Of a stretch of DNA of 39,286 nucleotides, positions 16,587-25,948 are shown piece by piece. Both the position numbers and the translations under genes were made by a program. The notes under the pieces were generated by a model. The model was not told where the DNA came from. It saw only the letters and a list, made by a program, of their open reading frames with translations, and made no database searches. Origin of the DNA: a virus; IMG/VR virus record IMGVR_UViG_3300027653_000004, positions 1-39,286 of that record. One strand, given 5' to 3'. How positions within the stretch are numbered: the first letter of the stretch is position 1; every line of letters begins with the position of its first letter.

Positions 16587-17456
16587 ATGGCAACTCGACG
16601 GAGAAGTAGTCACCTCACGATGGAGGATCTATTCCCAAGCGGGTTCAGAGGGCTCCCTGCCGATGACGCACAGCTTGCGGGGATGGCCGAGGATTTTGCT
16701 CTTGAAGCCCTTGGTTCTGTTCCCACAGGTAGGTTGCATGTGGACGAACTTATGCACCAAGCGAATATTGCAAATCAAATGATTGCCGCGGGGTATGCCC
16801 CGGAAGCGTTGCAACGTTTACAGCAGATGGGTGTGGGGCAAATGTATATGCCCCCGCAGGCGATGGACACGTACAACCAATTGGCGATGAGCCTGTACGA
16901 CGCTCTCAGCGCATGGGGTGGGGAGACGCAAACCCCGGAAGCGATGGCTATTCAGGCGATGGCACCGCAGGCGTTGGCGATGTACCAACGGGCACCGCAG
17001 GCCAACTACATGACCACGCAAAACGTCGCACGGGAGATGCAGTATGCTTCCGAGCTTGCACAACGAGGCATGGTGGACGAGGCGTATGAGCTTATGCAGA
17101 GAGTTAGGCCCGAGCCTCGTGGGGGCTTAATGGACTCTCGGGTTCGAGACTTGTACGGCGGGGCCGCAGAGATGATGGCAAGCATCATGGCCGCTGACGG
17201 AACCGTTCCCGAAGCGGACATTCAGAACATGATTGCCGCTCTTGCGTACGCTCCTCAGGGAGGTCATGTGCCTGTTCAGTCCCGTCTCTCGGAGTACGCT
17301 CTGAGCGATGCTTTGCGGAGGATCTTGACCGGACACCGCATGGATCGGGAAGGCCGTCCGGGAATGTTGCCGCAGGTGGCCCAATACCTTGCTCTGGAGG
17401 GCATGGGCGGGGATCACAACGTCCTCCAACGGTTCATTAATAGCCTTTTGGATTAA
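16587..17456 (+). CDS. Internal virion-like protein (putative)
   Basis: RBS AAGGAGG. 289 aa, rich in A, M and Q. Confidence 0.5.
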   Translation: MATRRRSSHLTMEDLFPSGFRGLPADDAQLAGMAEDFALEALGSVPTGRLHVDELMHQANIANQMIAAGYAPEALQRLQQMGVGQMYMPPQAMDTYNQLAMSLYDALSAWGGETQTPEAMAIQAMAPQALAMYQRAPQANYMTTQNVAREMQYASELAQRGMVDEAYELMQRVRPEPRGGLMDSRVRDLYGGAAEMMASIMAADGTVPEADIQNMIAALAYAPQGGHVPVQSRLSEYALSDALRRILTGHRMDREGRPGMLPQVAQYLALEGMGGDHNVLQRFINSLLD

Positions 17457-17469
17457 GGGGTAGTACCGA

Positions 17470-20400
17470 TTGGCGACTCGTGTTGACCGAGAAGTAAACT
17501 ACCTAATGGAGCGTACTCCCAAGCGTATGCCGGAGCAATACCGGGAGGGGTACGAGAAATGGCTTCGTCAGAGTGCTCTCGCCCGAGGTCTCATGCGTCT
17601 GGCTGTAATGAAGGACGATTTTGAGGCTTCGGTTGCGGGAGCCTTTGTGGGGCCGAAACTCCAACAGCGCATACAAAACTTCGAGGGAGACCCCGGAGCA
17701 ATAGCCTCTATCACCGGGTCGCTTGCGGGAACCGCTACGCAAGTGGCTATGGGAGGGGCTGTTTTGCGCGCCCTAGCTCCGATGGTTCAAGGTGCGGCGC
17801 AAGCTGGTCGCATACCCGGTCTCGCTCAGGCTGTGGGGAGGGTCCAGCAGGCGAGTCCTCTCGCTCAGGAAGTCCTCCGGGACATGGCTATCGGCCCGAT
17901 GATTGAGGGCATGAGGGCCTTGGGCGGTCACGATGTCACCATGAAAGACGTGCTCCGTTCGATGGCGATCACGGGCGGGGCGGGTCTCGGTGCCATCGGG
18001 GGCCGGACAATGACCCAAGGGGCTTCGCAACTCGCCACTCGTGCGGCGATGACCGCAGGGGCCACAGCCGGGGGTTTGGCGGGGGCTGTCCCCTTCGCTG
18101 GCATGGAAGGCTCCGGCACTGAGGCAATCGTCACGGGCCTTGCTATGGGCCTTCTCTACCCCGCACACGGGCAAGCGCAACTCAATTTGCCGGGGAGGGG
18201 TGTGGGAGATGTTTCCCCCGGAGCGGCGACCCCCGCTCCCACTCCCTCCCCTACCCCGGCACACCCTTCTTCCCCGGAGGGGGAGGGGTATTCGGTCGTG
18301 CCCATTCGGAGGCCAGCCCGTGAGATGCCCACGGAGGCCACCGAGTTCATTAACTCCCGGCGCAACCCGCAACGGAAGCAATACGCTCAGAAGTATGCCG
18401 AGTGGCTTGCTGGCGGGGAGCAAGGGCCCATGCCCGAAGCGGAAGGGATCACAACCCGAGCGGGACGGGAAATTCGAGAACGCATAGATGAAATTATCGG
18501 GGCGGCTGAGGGGCCTGCCCAACTTCCTTTGCCTGTGGACATGGACGATATTGTGCCCAAGGCACCGGGGCAAACGGGCGCAGGCCGTACGGTATCCTCC
18601 ACCCCCGAGCCTCAAATGAGGATTATCGTTGACCCCCCTTCGGCTGAGACCATCGCACAGCAGGGCGGGGCCGCGGCGACCGTGGATATGGTTACGGGGC
18701 AAGGCGGTGTGCCTTTGTTCCGGCCCATCCAAGAGGTTGTGGGCGATGGGCAATCGCTTATCGACATGAATGGCTTGAAACTCCCTCGGGCGTTGCGCCG
18801 TCAATTAACAGAGATTGACGTGCAGATTAAGTCGCTCAATGCGGAGGCGCAAAAAATTCTCCGTCGAGCGGGTGTGAATGACCCCTCCGATCTGTCCCCG
18901 CAAGGGCAGAAACAGTACGCTGAGGTGCTGGAACAACTCCGGGAGATGGACGGCAGGCGCAACGCTTTGCGTCCGGCTGTGCTGGCCGAGCTAGAGAGCA
19001 ACGGCACCCTCGGGCGGGTCGTCTCGAATCAGATTGACAACGAGATCGCACAGGACATTGCGGCTATCGAGGGTCCGCAACGCCCCGCCCATATCGAGCA
19101 CATGGAGACCGCAAGGCCGTGGGAAACGGAAGTGCGGACGGGTGACGTTATCGAGGGCCTGTCTCCCGAGGAGTTGCAACTGAACCCGAACGTGTTTCAC
19201 GACCAAGAGGATTCCATTCTCGGGTTTGCCACGAAAATAGACGCTCCCGGCCAAGAGACGATGGAGGTTTTTCGTACCGCCGAGGCCCGTCACTTGGACT
19301 TGGTAGAGGCCGCTCCCGACGCTATGGAGGCGATGCGGGGCCGGACTCCCAACTATCTGAACGTGGTATTCACTACCATGCGGGATTTGTTTGGGGAGGA
19401 CGTTGCCAAGCAAGTCCGGGATGCGAAACATGCGAGTCAGGTGTTTAACAGTCAGTGGGGTAACGTGCTAGACGACATCCTGAAACCGTTCAAAGGCTTG
19501 CGAGGGGCTAAGAGCCGGGTTCGTATCGGCAAACTCCTTGACGGAACGCCTGTGGAGGGCGTGACCGACGCTGAACGTCTCGCCGCCCGAGAGTTGCGGG
19601 AGAAGTTTTTCGACCCTCTGTTCAAGGAGTTTGACATCGACCCGGACAGGTTCCTTCAAGACTACCTCCCGAGGCTTCGTGCCGGGAGAGACTTGAGCAC
19701 GGAGCTTCCGGCTGAGGAATGGACCCGGATTAAGTTCTTTGCTGAGGAAATGCGGTCGGCCATTGACGGCCCCGAGGACAGGCTGTGGGATGTGCTGGAC
19801 GTGACGACTCGCTACCTCCGAGCCGGGTCAAAGAACAAGTTTATGGAACCCGCCCGTCTAGCTGTGGAGCCTGCTGTAGCGCAGATGGACCCCCATAGGC
19901 GCATGGCTTTCGAGACGTGGTTCGGTCAGCTTATGGGCAGGCGCACCGTGGACGAGATGTTCTTGGACAAGACGTTGGATGCCACGGTCGGGAAAGTCGT
20001 GCGTCAATTTGGAGGAACCTTCTCGGATCGCCCGTCGCAAGAACTGTCTCTTGCCGTGACACAGCTTGTTCACCTCGGGACCATCGGCTTCAACGCCTTC
20101 TCCATCGTGAAAAACTTGACACAGCAGATTCACACGATGGCACAGTCGGGTGTGGGATATTGGGCTAAGGCTCACCGGGCTTTGCGTACACAGTCCGGCA
20201 AGGAATTGCTCAAATACAACTGGGTGGGCCAGCATAGGGTATACCTCGAAGGCATGGAGCTTCAACGGACGGCGATGGACCGGATTCTCGGGCCTGTGTC
20301 CGATCTGGCTTTCCGAGGCTACCAGTGGGCTGACCAGTCCAACGTGAACACGGCGTATCTCGCCGCCGTTCTCAAGGACTTGGACCAAGGCAAGAGCCTC

Positions 20401-21525
20401 GCCCACGCTATCAACACGGGCAACTATACGGCCATGCTCACGCAGTTCGGGTACGGGGTGGACAGCCCCGCTTTGTTCCGAACCCCTGTGGGTAGGCTCA
20501 TCGGGGCGTTGCAGTCGTACCCGGTCAACTTCGCCCGGATGCTCTACGCCCAAGGAACCACAGGCCACAAGGCAGAGGCCATCCGAACGGTCGTCGGGTT
20601 GGCGGCAGGCGCATGGTTGCTAGAAAAAACGACCAAGATGGATTTTTCCTCCATTACTCCATGGGAAACCCTGCAAGGGCACCCGGCGTGGGCGGCTTTG
20701 CGGGGCGAGTTTTCTGTGCCTGTCCAGACGGGCATATCTCTTGTGGACACGGGAACGAAGTGGCTAGATGGTTTGGTCAACAACCGAGACCCGCAAATAG
20801 TCGAGGAAGCCTTCGACAATTTGAAGGAAAACCTCAAGACTTATGTTCCGACACGGACGCAGTATAGGCGACTGGCACGTTTCATAGACCGTGTGGCGAA
20901 TGACTGGCAGGAGCTAGACGAACAAGGAAGGCCCCTTTATGGTATCTCCAAAGGAGAAGCTATTCGGGCCATTTTTGGCCCCACAAAGGAGGCTGACTTG
21001 CGCTTTAATATTCGGAGGAAGTACGAAGATGCTCTCATGCGGGAAGTGGACCCCGACAGGTTTGGCCTTCTCCAGAAAGCCCGCACCCTTCCACAGACTT
21101 TGCTCATGGGGGATGCGGCGTACGTTCGTAACCACCTTCGAGGGCAAGCGGATCGTATCGGGTTAGACGGGAAAAAGCTCCACGACGAGTCTGTAGCTCG
21201 TGTTCGACAGTATTACTACGGAGACGGTAGGAATGGATTTTGGCCCGCTGTGTACCGTAACGACACAGAGGAAGCCCGAAGAACCGGAGAGGTTTTAAAG
21301 AGGTTGGAGGTGACGACCCCAATGCTCATATCCGCGGGTGAAAGTAGGGGCGTTGACGGGTCGCTCCTCCGTCGAGGGGTGTCCATCTTTGGGTATGTGG
21401 GCATGCCCCCTGCTCGTACCCCCATTCCAGACGTAATCCGTAGCCGTCCTGACCTTTCTTTACAGACAGGAAGGGTTCCGATCCCTTCTATTCAAACTAC
21501 TAGACCCGCTATGCCGTCGCTGTAA
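17470..21525 (+). CDS. Very large virion protein (ejection/internal-core or tape-measure-like)
   Basis: TTG start. 1351 aa with Gly/Ala-rich hydrophobic segments near the N-terminus. The size and position parallel the largest internal core protein of T7-like phages. No lytic domain recognised. Confidence 0.55.
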   Translation: MATRVDREVNYLMERTPKRMPEQYREGYEKWLRQSALARGLMRLAVMKDDFEASVAGAFVGPKLQQRIQNFEGDPGAIASITGSLAGTATQVAMGGAVLRALAPMVQGAAQAGRIPGLAQAVGRVQQASPLAQEVLRDMAIGPMIEGMRALGGHDVTMKDVLRSMAITGGAGLGAIGGRTMTQGASQLATRAAMTAGATAGGLAGAVPFAGMEGSGTEAIVTGLAMGLLYPAHGQAQLNLPGRGVGDVSPGAATPAPTPSPTPAHPSSPEGEGYSVVPIRRPAREMPTEATEFINSRRNPQRKQYAQKYAEWLAGGEQGPMPEAEGITTRAGREIRERIDEIIGAAEGPAQLPLPVDMDDIVPKAPGQTGAGRTVSSTPEPQMRIIVDPPSAETIAQQGGAAATVDMVTGQGGVPLFRPIQEVVGDGQSLIDMNGLKLPRALRRQLTEIDVQIKSLNAEAQKILRRAGVNDPSDLSPQGQKQYAEVLEQLREMDGRRNALRPAVLAELESNGTLGRVVSNQIDNEIAQDIAAIEGPQRPAHIEHMETARPWETEVRTGDVIEGLSPEELQLNPNVFHDQEDSILGFATKIDAPGQETMEVFRTAEARHLDLVEAAPDAMEAMRGRTPNYLNVVFTTMRDLFGEDVAKQVRDAKHASQVFNSQWGNVLDDILKPFKGLRGAKSRVRIGKLLDGTPVEGVTDAERLAARELREKFFDPLFKEFDIDPDRFLQDYLPRLRAGRDLSTELPAEEWTRIKFFAEEMRSAIDGPEDRLWDVLDVTTRYLRAGSKNKFMEPARLAVEPAVAQMDPHRRMAFETWFGQLMGRRTVDEMFLDKTLDATVGKVVRQFGGTFSDRPSQELSLAVTQLVHLGTIGFNAFSIVKNLTQQIHTMAQSGVGYWAKAHRALRTQSGKELLKYNWVGQHRVYLEGMELQRTAMDRILGPVSDLAFRGYQWADQSNVNTAYLAAVLKDLDQGKSLAHAINTGNYTAMLTQFGYGVDSPALFRTPVGRLIGALQSYPVNFARMLYAQGTTGHKAEAIRTVVGLAAGAWLLEKTTKMDFSSITPWETLQGHPAWAALRGEFSVPVQTGISLVDTGTKWLDGLVNNRDPQIVEEAFDNLKENLKTYVPTRTQYRRLARFIDRVANDWQELDEQGRPLYGISKGEAIRAIFGPTKEADLRFNIRRKYEDALMREVDPDRFGLLQKARTLPQTLLMGDAAYVRNHLRGQADRIGLDGKKLHDESVARVRQYYYGDGRNGFWPAVYRNDTEEARRTGEVLKRLEVTTPMLISAGESRGVDGSLLRRGVSIFGYVGMPPARTPIPDVIRSRPDLSLQTGRVPIPSIQTTRPAMPSL

Positions 21526-21545
21526 TGATAAGGAGGTCATACACG

Positions 21546-21731
21546 ATGTTAGAGTGGAACCACAAAACCCCACCCACTCCCTCATGGGTACAAACTATTA
21601 CTGTCTTGGTAGGGAACCTCGGCTTCCCTATCGCTGTGGCCGCATGGTTGCTATATCGGATAGGCCCTTTACTTGAACAACAAACTCGGATGCTAGAACA
21701 GATCCTCAAAGTTTTAGAAAGGATCCCTTGA
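21546..21731 (+). CDS. YvrJ-like small membrane protein (lysis-cassette associated)
   Basis: I place the start at ATG 21546, 9 nt after AAGGAGG; the ORF track starts at 21525. VGNLGFPIAVAAWLLYRIGPLLEQ resembles the YvrJ family seen next to lysis genes in Bacillota phages. Confidence 0.5.
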   Translation: MLEWNHKTPPTPSWVQTITVLVGNLGFPIAVAAWLLYRIGPLLEQQTRMLEQILKVLERIP

Positions 21732-21732
21732 G

Positions 21733-22104
21733 ATGCAGATTACGAAGAATTTTCACCGGGACGAATTCAAATGTAGATGCAAAGAAAGGGGGCTGAACGC
21801 CGACAACTCTTGGTGTCATGGAGTGTCGTGGGTCCACAGAGAGTTGGTTGTCCGGTTGCAGGGGTTACGGGACCACTTTAACGCTCCGATCACGGTGTCA
21901 AGCGGGTGCCGATGCCCCCGGTACAATACCTATATAGGGTCTACTGCTCCTTTATCTCAGCATATCCGGGGAACGGGGGCAGACATTATAGTGCAAGGAC
22001 GCTCCACAGCCGAGGTTGCGGAAGCGGCCAGAGAAATGGGCTTTTTCGTTATCGAGTACGCCGACCGGGGCTTCGTGCATGTGGATATTCGTCAGTACAT
22101 TTAA
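21733..22104 (+). CDS. Endolysin, peptidase M15 (zinc D-Ala-D-Ala carboxypeptidase-like) family
   Basis: FHRDEFKCRC, SQHIRGTGADIIV (HxxGxAxD) and FVHVD match the M15 zinc-ligand pattern. Confidence 0.85.
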   Translation: MQITKNFHRDEFKCRCKERGLNADNSWCHGVSWVHRELVVRLQGLRDHFNAPITVSSGCRCPRYNTYIGSTAPLSQHIRGTGADIIVQGRSTAEVAEAAREMGFFVIEYADRGFVHVDIRQYI

Positions 22105-22118
22105 GGAGGAGACGTGTT

Positions 22119-22529
22119 GTGCGTAGTAAGTCCACACTGGTAATGCTATTGTCGGCCATTGTTATCCTTGTTCTCGGCTTTGCTGTGGCCGTGTATGCCG
22201 CAGACGGGGTTCCGTGGGCCGACCTCGAAATCGAAGTTGGTGGAGGTATCGTTCTCTACTGGCTTGGCATTCAAATGGCTATCGTGCAAGCTCTCAAGTC
22301 CATCGAAATTAACGGGAAGCGGATCGTGGAAGGCAAGACGAGAACTCTACTTGCCAATGCCGTGATCGGAGGTATCGGCCTAGTATTAGCGGCTGTAATC
22401 GCCGGTACTCCTTTCTGGCCCGCGCTCGTTTCTGCCATCACCGCTACTCTTGCTTCGGTGGGGTTGTGGGAACACGTTGAAGGTGCCGTGGGAAAATCTC
22501 CGGGCAAGAACAGCCCCGCTTCTATGTGA
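22119..22529 (+). CDS. Holin (putative)
   Basis: GTG at 22119, 7 nt after AAGGAGGAG. 136 aa with 3-4 hydrophobic helices and a charged C-terminus, directly after the endolysin. The longer ORF 21906..22529 overlaps the endolysin out of frame. Confidence 0.6.
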   Translation: MRSKSTLVMLLSAIVILVLGFAVAVYAADGVPWADLEIEVGGGIVLYWLGIQMAIVQALKSIEINGKRIVEGKTRTLLANAVIGGIGLVLAAVIAGTPFWPALVSAITATLASVGLWEHVEGAVGKSPGKNSPASM

Positions 22530-22621
22530 TTAACGGTAAGCAGGTTATTGCCTCATCCAAGGTTGTGACGGAGGCCCTAAAGGAACATCACATAGACGAC
22601 GATGCGGCTAGGAACAGGGAA

Positions 22622-22646
22622 GGGGCCGCACTTAATGTGCGACCCC
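22622..22646. terminator. Stem-loop between convergent operons
   Basis: GGGGCCGCAC-ttaat-GTGCGACCCC, with one mismatch. Confidence 0.4.
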
Positions 22647-22664
22647 CTACGTTCCGTATCCGGT

Positions 22665-22694
22665 GGCCGAGGGATTAACCCTCGGCCTTTTTCC
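22665..22694 (+). terminator. Late-operon intrinsic terminator
   Basis: GGCCGAGGG-attaa-CCCTCGGCC followed by TTTTTCC. It overlaps the 3' end of the convergent gene 22675..22869. Confidence 0.7.
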
Positions 22695-22869
22695 TGTGCC
22701 GTTCAATTACTCGCTTGCTGTAGAGTAGGAGCACTCGCCGGGTGAAGGCACTCATCTCCCCTTGTACTTTACCCCTCTCAATTTGGCAGGCGTATTCGAT
22801 AACCTGCCGCTCTTTCTCGTCAAGCCGAACGAATAGCGGCCTCTCCTTCGTACGGGCTTTTTGTGGCAT
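22675..22869 (-). CDS. Small RHH-like DNA-binding protein (putative)
   Basis: 64 aa. RPLFVRLDEKERQVIEYACQ...SAFTRRVLL fits a strand-helix-helix pattern. It is the last gene of the leftward replication operon. Confidence 0.5.
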   Translation of the reverse strand: MPQKARTKERPLFVRLDEKERQVIEYACQIERGKVQGEMSAFTRRVLLLYSKRVIERHRKKAEG

Positions 22870-22875
22870 CCGCTA

Positions 22876-23322
22876 TCACTCCCGCGACAGGAAATCGCGA
22901 AGGTCCAACGCCCACCGGAGTTGGTTGACTGCCGCTTCCCGGCCACGTTGCCCCCCGGGGACAAACAACTCCTCACTTTCAATCTGCGCGATCCTGTACT
23001 CCAAAATTTGGCCGTACATGTCGTTCGAGGGAGAGGGAGTTTCCGGTGCAGGAGCGGCCGGAGTAGCGGCCCGTCTCCTACGTCGCGTCGTCTTGGGTTT
23101 CTCAGGCTCCTCCTTGGCCTCCTCCTTCTTTTTCGGCTTTGCCTTAGCCTTGGGCTTAGCTTTTGCCTTGGGTTTCGGGGCAGGCTTCTCCGCCTCTTTT
23201 TCCGGGGCGGGAGTTGCCTCCTCCGCGTCTTCCAACGTTAAATCCAATTCCTCGTTCTCATCTTCGAGGTCGAGGTCTAGCAAATCGTCCAAATCAATGC
23301 CGTCCAGTTCAATATCAGTCAT
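22876..23322 (-). CDS. Charge-block protein (acidic DL-repeat N-terminus, AKPK-repeat centre)
   Basis: 148 aa. DGIDLDDLLDLDLEDENEELDLTLED, then KPAPKPKAKAKPKAKAKPKKKEE, then RRRRR and a helical C-terminus. Confidence 0.6.
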   Translation of the reverse strand: MTDIELDGIDLDDLLDLDLEDENEELDLTLEDAEEATPAPEKEAEKPAPKPKAKAKPKAKAKPKKKEEAKEEPEKPKTTRRRRRAATPAAPAPETPSPSNDMYGQILEYRIAQIESEELFVPGGQRGREAAVNQLRWALDLRDFLSRE

Positions 23323-23614
23323 TGTTTGCCTCCAATCTTTCTAACACGGCCAACGCTTCCTCGGGACTGTGGACCGTCTCCACAATAGCATCCCCTTCGG
23401 CTACCATTTTTCGATGCATGGCCGCTTGCAACTTCGTCAACTTCCCTCCGGGCCGCTTTACTTCCAGCCCCACAAACACTCCGCCATAGCTCCCTATGAT
23501 GTCCGGCACCCCGGCTGTGGAATAGCGGGGGCCAACGTGGAACTTAACCCACCAGCCCCCGTGTCCCCTCAACGCTCTAAGGATGCGATCCTGCAAGCGT
23601 TTTTCCAAAGTCAC
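23315..23614 (-). CDS. VRR-NUC domain nuclease
   Basis: GTG start. GVPDIIGSYGGVFVGLEVKRPGGKLTKLQ carries the D...ExK core of VRR-NUC / PD-(D/E)XK. Confidence 0.8.
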   Translation of the reverse strand: MTLEKRLQDRILRALRGHGGWWVKFHVGPRYSTAGVPDIIGSYGGVFVGLEVKRPGGKLTKLQAAMHRKMVAEGDAIVETVHSPEEALAVLERLEANND

Positions 23615-23617
23615 GCA

Positions 23618-24112
23618 TTACAGCTCCAAGTCTAGGTCCAGATCATCGTCCAACCCGGCATCCAAGTCGTCGTCGAGGTCATCCAGGTCCGGCTCGGGCT
23701 CGGGTTCCGGCTCAGGCTGAGACCCGTGCAACTCAATCTCCGACAGGTTTTGGAACTTGCCGCCGTTGTTGCTCGTCGCGACCGTGGCGAAGCACTTGAG
23801 CGTCTTGCCCTCCAGCGAGGACAGGTTCAACGCCGCCGCCTTGTTGGGCACGTTCGCCCCGAGACCCTGCAACAATTCCCGTAACGCTCGCAACCCCGGG
23901 GCCGCCGTCAGGCTGTAGAAGATACGGATCTTCCGGCCTTTGTGAGCGGCGGGGGCCATGACGAGATACTGGATCTCCACCCGTGCATCTCCGTTTGCGT
24001 TTTCTCCCACGTTCGCCTCAGTGATACGCATGATGTACCGACCCTCGGGAACCGTGTATGCGTCCCCTGCTTGATCCCATGGAATGACAACGCTCTTACT
24101 CGCTCGTGACAT
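23618..24112 (-). CDS. DUF669-like ssDNA-binding protein with acidic tail (putative)
   Basis: I place the start at ATG 24112 (MSRASKS..), which overlaps the upstream stop by 17 nt. The ORF track extends to 24280, inside the ATPase gene. The C-terminal tail is PEPEPEPEPDLDDLDDDLDAGLDDDLDLDLEL. Confidence 0.55.
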   Translation of the reverse strand: MSRASKSVVIPWDQAGDAYTVPEGRYIMRITEANVGENANGDARVEIQYLVMAPAAHKGRKIRIFYSLTAAPGLRALRELLQGLGANVPNKAAALNLSSLEGKTLKCFATVATSNNGGKFQNLSEIELHGSQPEPEPEPEPDLDDLDDDLDAGLDDDLDLDLEL

Positions 24113-24905
24113 TTTCTCCGAGAACCTCCTTGTATGCTTCCAAGATTTTACCCCATGTGGGGTTTGCCAGTGCTCGGGGCATGACCCCGTAACGATCTGC
24201 CGCCAATGTCCCCGGACGCTCAAAGGCCATCCGGTAGCTAAGCTTTCCTGCTTTCGTTCGTGCGACGTATGAGTACCCAATGAGGCTCACAAGCCCCAAA
24301 AGATAGCTTCGCACAGACGCTTGCAAGTCCGGGACGTACCACTCTACTTCTGTGGTCCCCGTTGCTTCATCGGGCATCTCGTCCACTCGCTCGTGCGCCA
24401 CCCAAATCTTATGCATGGGCAGGCTACGATAGTTTGTAATCCACGTTCGCATGATCCGTGCGGCCCGTCCGAAATCGTCCATCTCTGCCTTGTACGCAGA
24501 GCGATCCGGCCGACGTTGCACCTTCTCGGCCAGCACTTGTTGTAAGGCCATTTCAAGGGCGATCGTGGAAGTGTCCCATGCCACCGCCTCGAAAGGATGT
24601 TTTTGCGTCTTGAGAATCCAATACCAATTGGCTACGTCATCCCAAGAAGAAACTGGTACCCTCCGTCCGCGGAAGTCGGGGAACTTTTTCCTCGTAATAA
24701 TATTGGCCCCATGATCAAAGTCGAGAATTAGGATGTTGGGGATCGTTCCGAGGAAGTGTGTCTTGCCTCGTTTGGGCTTACCGTACACGACCATCTCCAG
24801 ATACTTGCTTGCCTGCTCGGGGGATTCTGCCTTAGCCATCGCCTCCTTTAATACCTCCGGGGACGGAATCACCTGTGGATTTGCCAATGCCATCTTCTGC
24901 GTCAC
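24096..24905 (-). CDS. AAA_24 / Sak4-like RecA-family ATPase
   Basis: GTGA overlap start. P-loop is VVYGKPKRGKTHF and Walker B-like is ILILDFDHG. It sits in the usual position between the nuclease and SSB-like genes. Confidence 0.8.
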   Translation of the reverse strand: MTQKMALANPQVIPSPEVLKEAMAKAESPEQASKYLEMVVYGKPKRGKTHFLGTIPNILILDFDHGANIITRKKFPDFRGRRVPVSSWDDVANWYWILKTQKHPFEAVAWDTSTIALEMALQQVLAEKVQRRPDRSAYKAEMDDFGRAARIMRTWITNYRSLPMHKIWVAHERVDEMPDEATGTTEVEWYVPDLQASVRSYLLGLVSLIGYSYVARTKAGKLSYRMAFERPGTLAADRYGVMPRALANPTWGKILEAYKEVLGENVTSE

Positions 24906-25924
24906 CTCCTTGTCCGTACTTCAAATCTGTTTTGCAAAATCGGCTCAATGTCGCCGCCTTGCATCTCCACGATGCACAAGTCTTTGTACTCACAGTCCCA
25001 TCGGCACCTCATTCGGTCGAGGTTGCGAGGGTAAACTTCCTGCCTGTATAGCTGTGGGGCAACGGCTCCCAATTCGTTGCTCTCCGCTTCGAGTCGGTAG
25101 TCGCTAATAGGCACCGCCCACCGCTCGAAGAAGGGCTTCCCCTGCCGTGCGATCTTGTCCAACATTTCCTTGTAATCCGAAGGGTCAAGGTCGTTGTCCA
25201 GCAACGCTTGGCGGTAGACATCCCACTCTGTGTCAATGGCCGCTCGGCTCATTGATCCGTTTTTGTTGAGCGTCGGCACTCTCGGAGTTCGGTTACGAAT
25301 GTAGTCATAAACCATGACCACCCCGTTAATTTTGTCAAGGACTCCCCGGCTCCGCAAAAACTCCGTCAGCCCCAAAACGTATCGAGGCCCTTGCGAGTCT
25401 AGCATCCGGTCCTCCTCGTCGGGAACGTCTCCCACAACCTTGTGGTCAACGATGACCGCCATCCCCAGCCTGTTAAGGTAAATAAGGTCGCACTTAAACT
25501 GGAATGGAGCAGGCAACTCCGGCAAGTCCACGGGAATCATTTGCTCCACGAAAAGGATTCGTGCGATCTGGCTTCGGTCTTGTACTTCCCACTTGTCAAC
25601 GTAGCGCAAGGAAATAGCCAAGCACTCGTCCGGGAAGTCCAGACCAAACTCCTCCTTCTCCTCATCGAACAACGGCTCCCATGTGTCCTTGAGCAATTCT
25701 TTGTGACGGGATTCGATTGCCGCCTTGCCGTTCTCCCATCCGTGTTCCTTCACATGTTCGTAATAGGAGGCCAGCAACTCATGCACCCACGTTCCCCGCT
25801 CAAGGTTTACTCCTTTGACCCGAGGCGTATAGCCTTTGACGTACCGAAACTCGGCCTTCTTCGGGCAACGCTTCACGGTTTCAATCATCGTGTGCGAAAA
25901 CCGGGGTGCTAGTAGCTGTGTCAT
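24902..25924 (-). CDS. PD-(D/E)XK exonuclease, Cas4/RecB-like with Cys cluster
   Basis: N-terminal Cys (VKRCPKK), the core VIVDHKV, and a C-terminal CRWDCEYKDLC. This is the Cas4/AddB-type arrangement of one N-terminal Cys and three C-terminal Cys. Confidence 0.75.
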   Translation of the reverse strand: MTQLLAPRFSHTMIETVKRCPKKAEFRYVKGYTPRVKGVNLERGTWVHELLASYYEHVKEHGWENGKAAIESRHKELLKDTWEPLFDEEKEEFGLDFPDECLAISLRYVDKWEVQDRSQIARILFVEQMIPVDLPELPAPFQFKCDLIYLNRLGMAVIVDHKVVGDVPDEEDRMLDSQGPRYVLGLTEFLRSRGVLDKINGVVMVYDYIRNRTPRVPTLNKNGSMSRAAIDTEWDVYRQALLDNDLDPSDYKEMLDKIARQGKPFFERWAVPISDYRLEAESNELGAVAPQLYRQEVYPRNLDRMRCRWDCEYKDLCIVEMQGGDIEPILQNRFEVRTRR

Positions 25925-25948
25925 TTCCTCACCTCCCTTCGGTATATT

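Noticed and set aside
17773-18804. 343-aa minus-strand ORF inside the 1351-aa virion gene, plus similar antisense ORFs at 4010..4543, 13401..13994 and 19858..20568
   Set aside because: All are antisense to long operon genes, Arg/Pro/Gly-rich, without translation signals, and break the unidirectional operon structure.
21906-22118. N-terminal 71 codons of ORF 21906..22529
   Set aside because: This part overlaps the endolysin gene out of frame. A GTG with a perfect AAGGAGGAG RBS at 22119 starts the hydrophobic holin-like part.
22526-22678. 50-codon GTG ORF in the gap after the holin gene (VINGKQVIASSKVVTEALKEHHIDDDAARNREGAALNVRPPTFRIRWPRD)
   Set aside because: It has a GTGA-type overlap with the holin stop but no RBS. 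It runs through both terminator hairpins. I cannot support it without homologs, so it is left unannotated.
22742-23344. 200-aa plus-strand ORF (and 22861..23241) opposite the charge-block protein gene
   Set aside because: It is a low-complexity Ser/Ala/Phe/Leu translation of the antisense of a Lys/Glu/Asp repeat. It runs against the operon direction and has no RBS.
24113-24280. N-terminal extension of the SSB-like ORF (23618..24280)
   Set aside because: The extension lies wholly inside the ATPase gene in another frame. The internal ATG at 24112 gives a normal short overlap.
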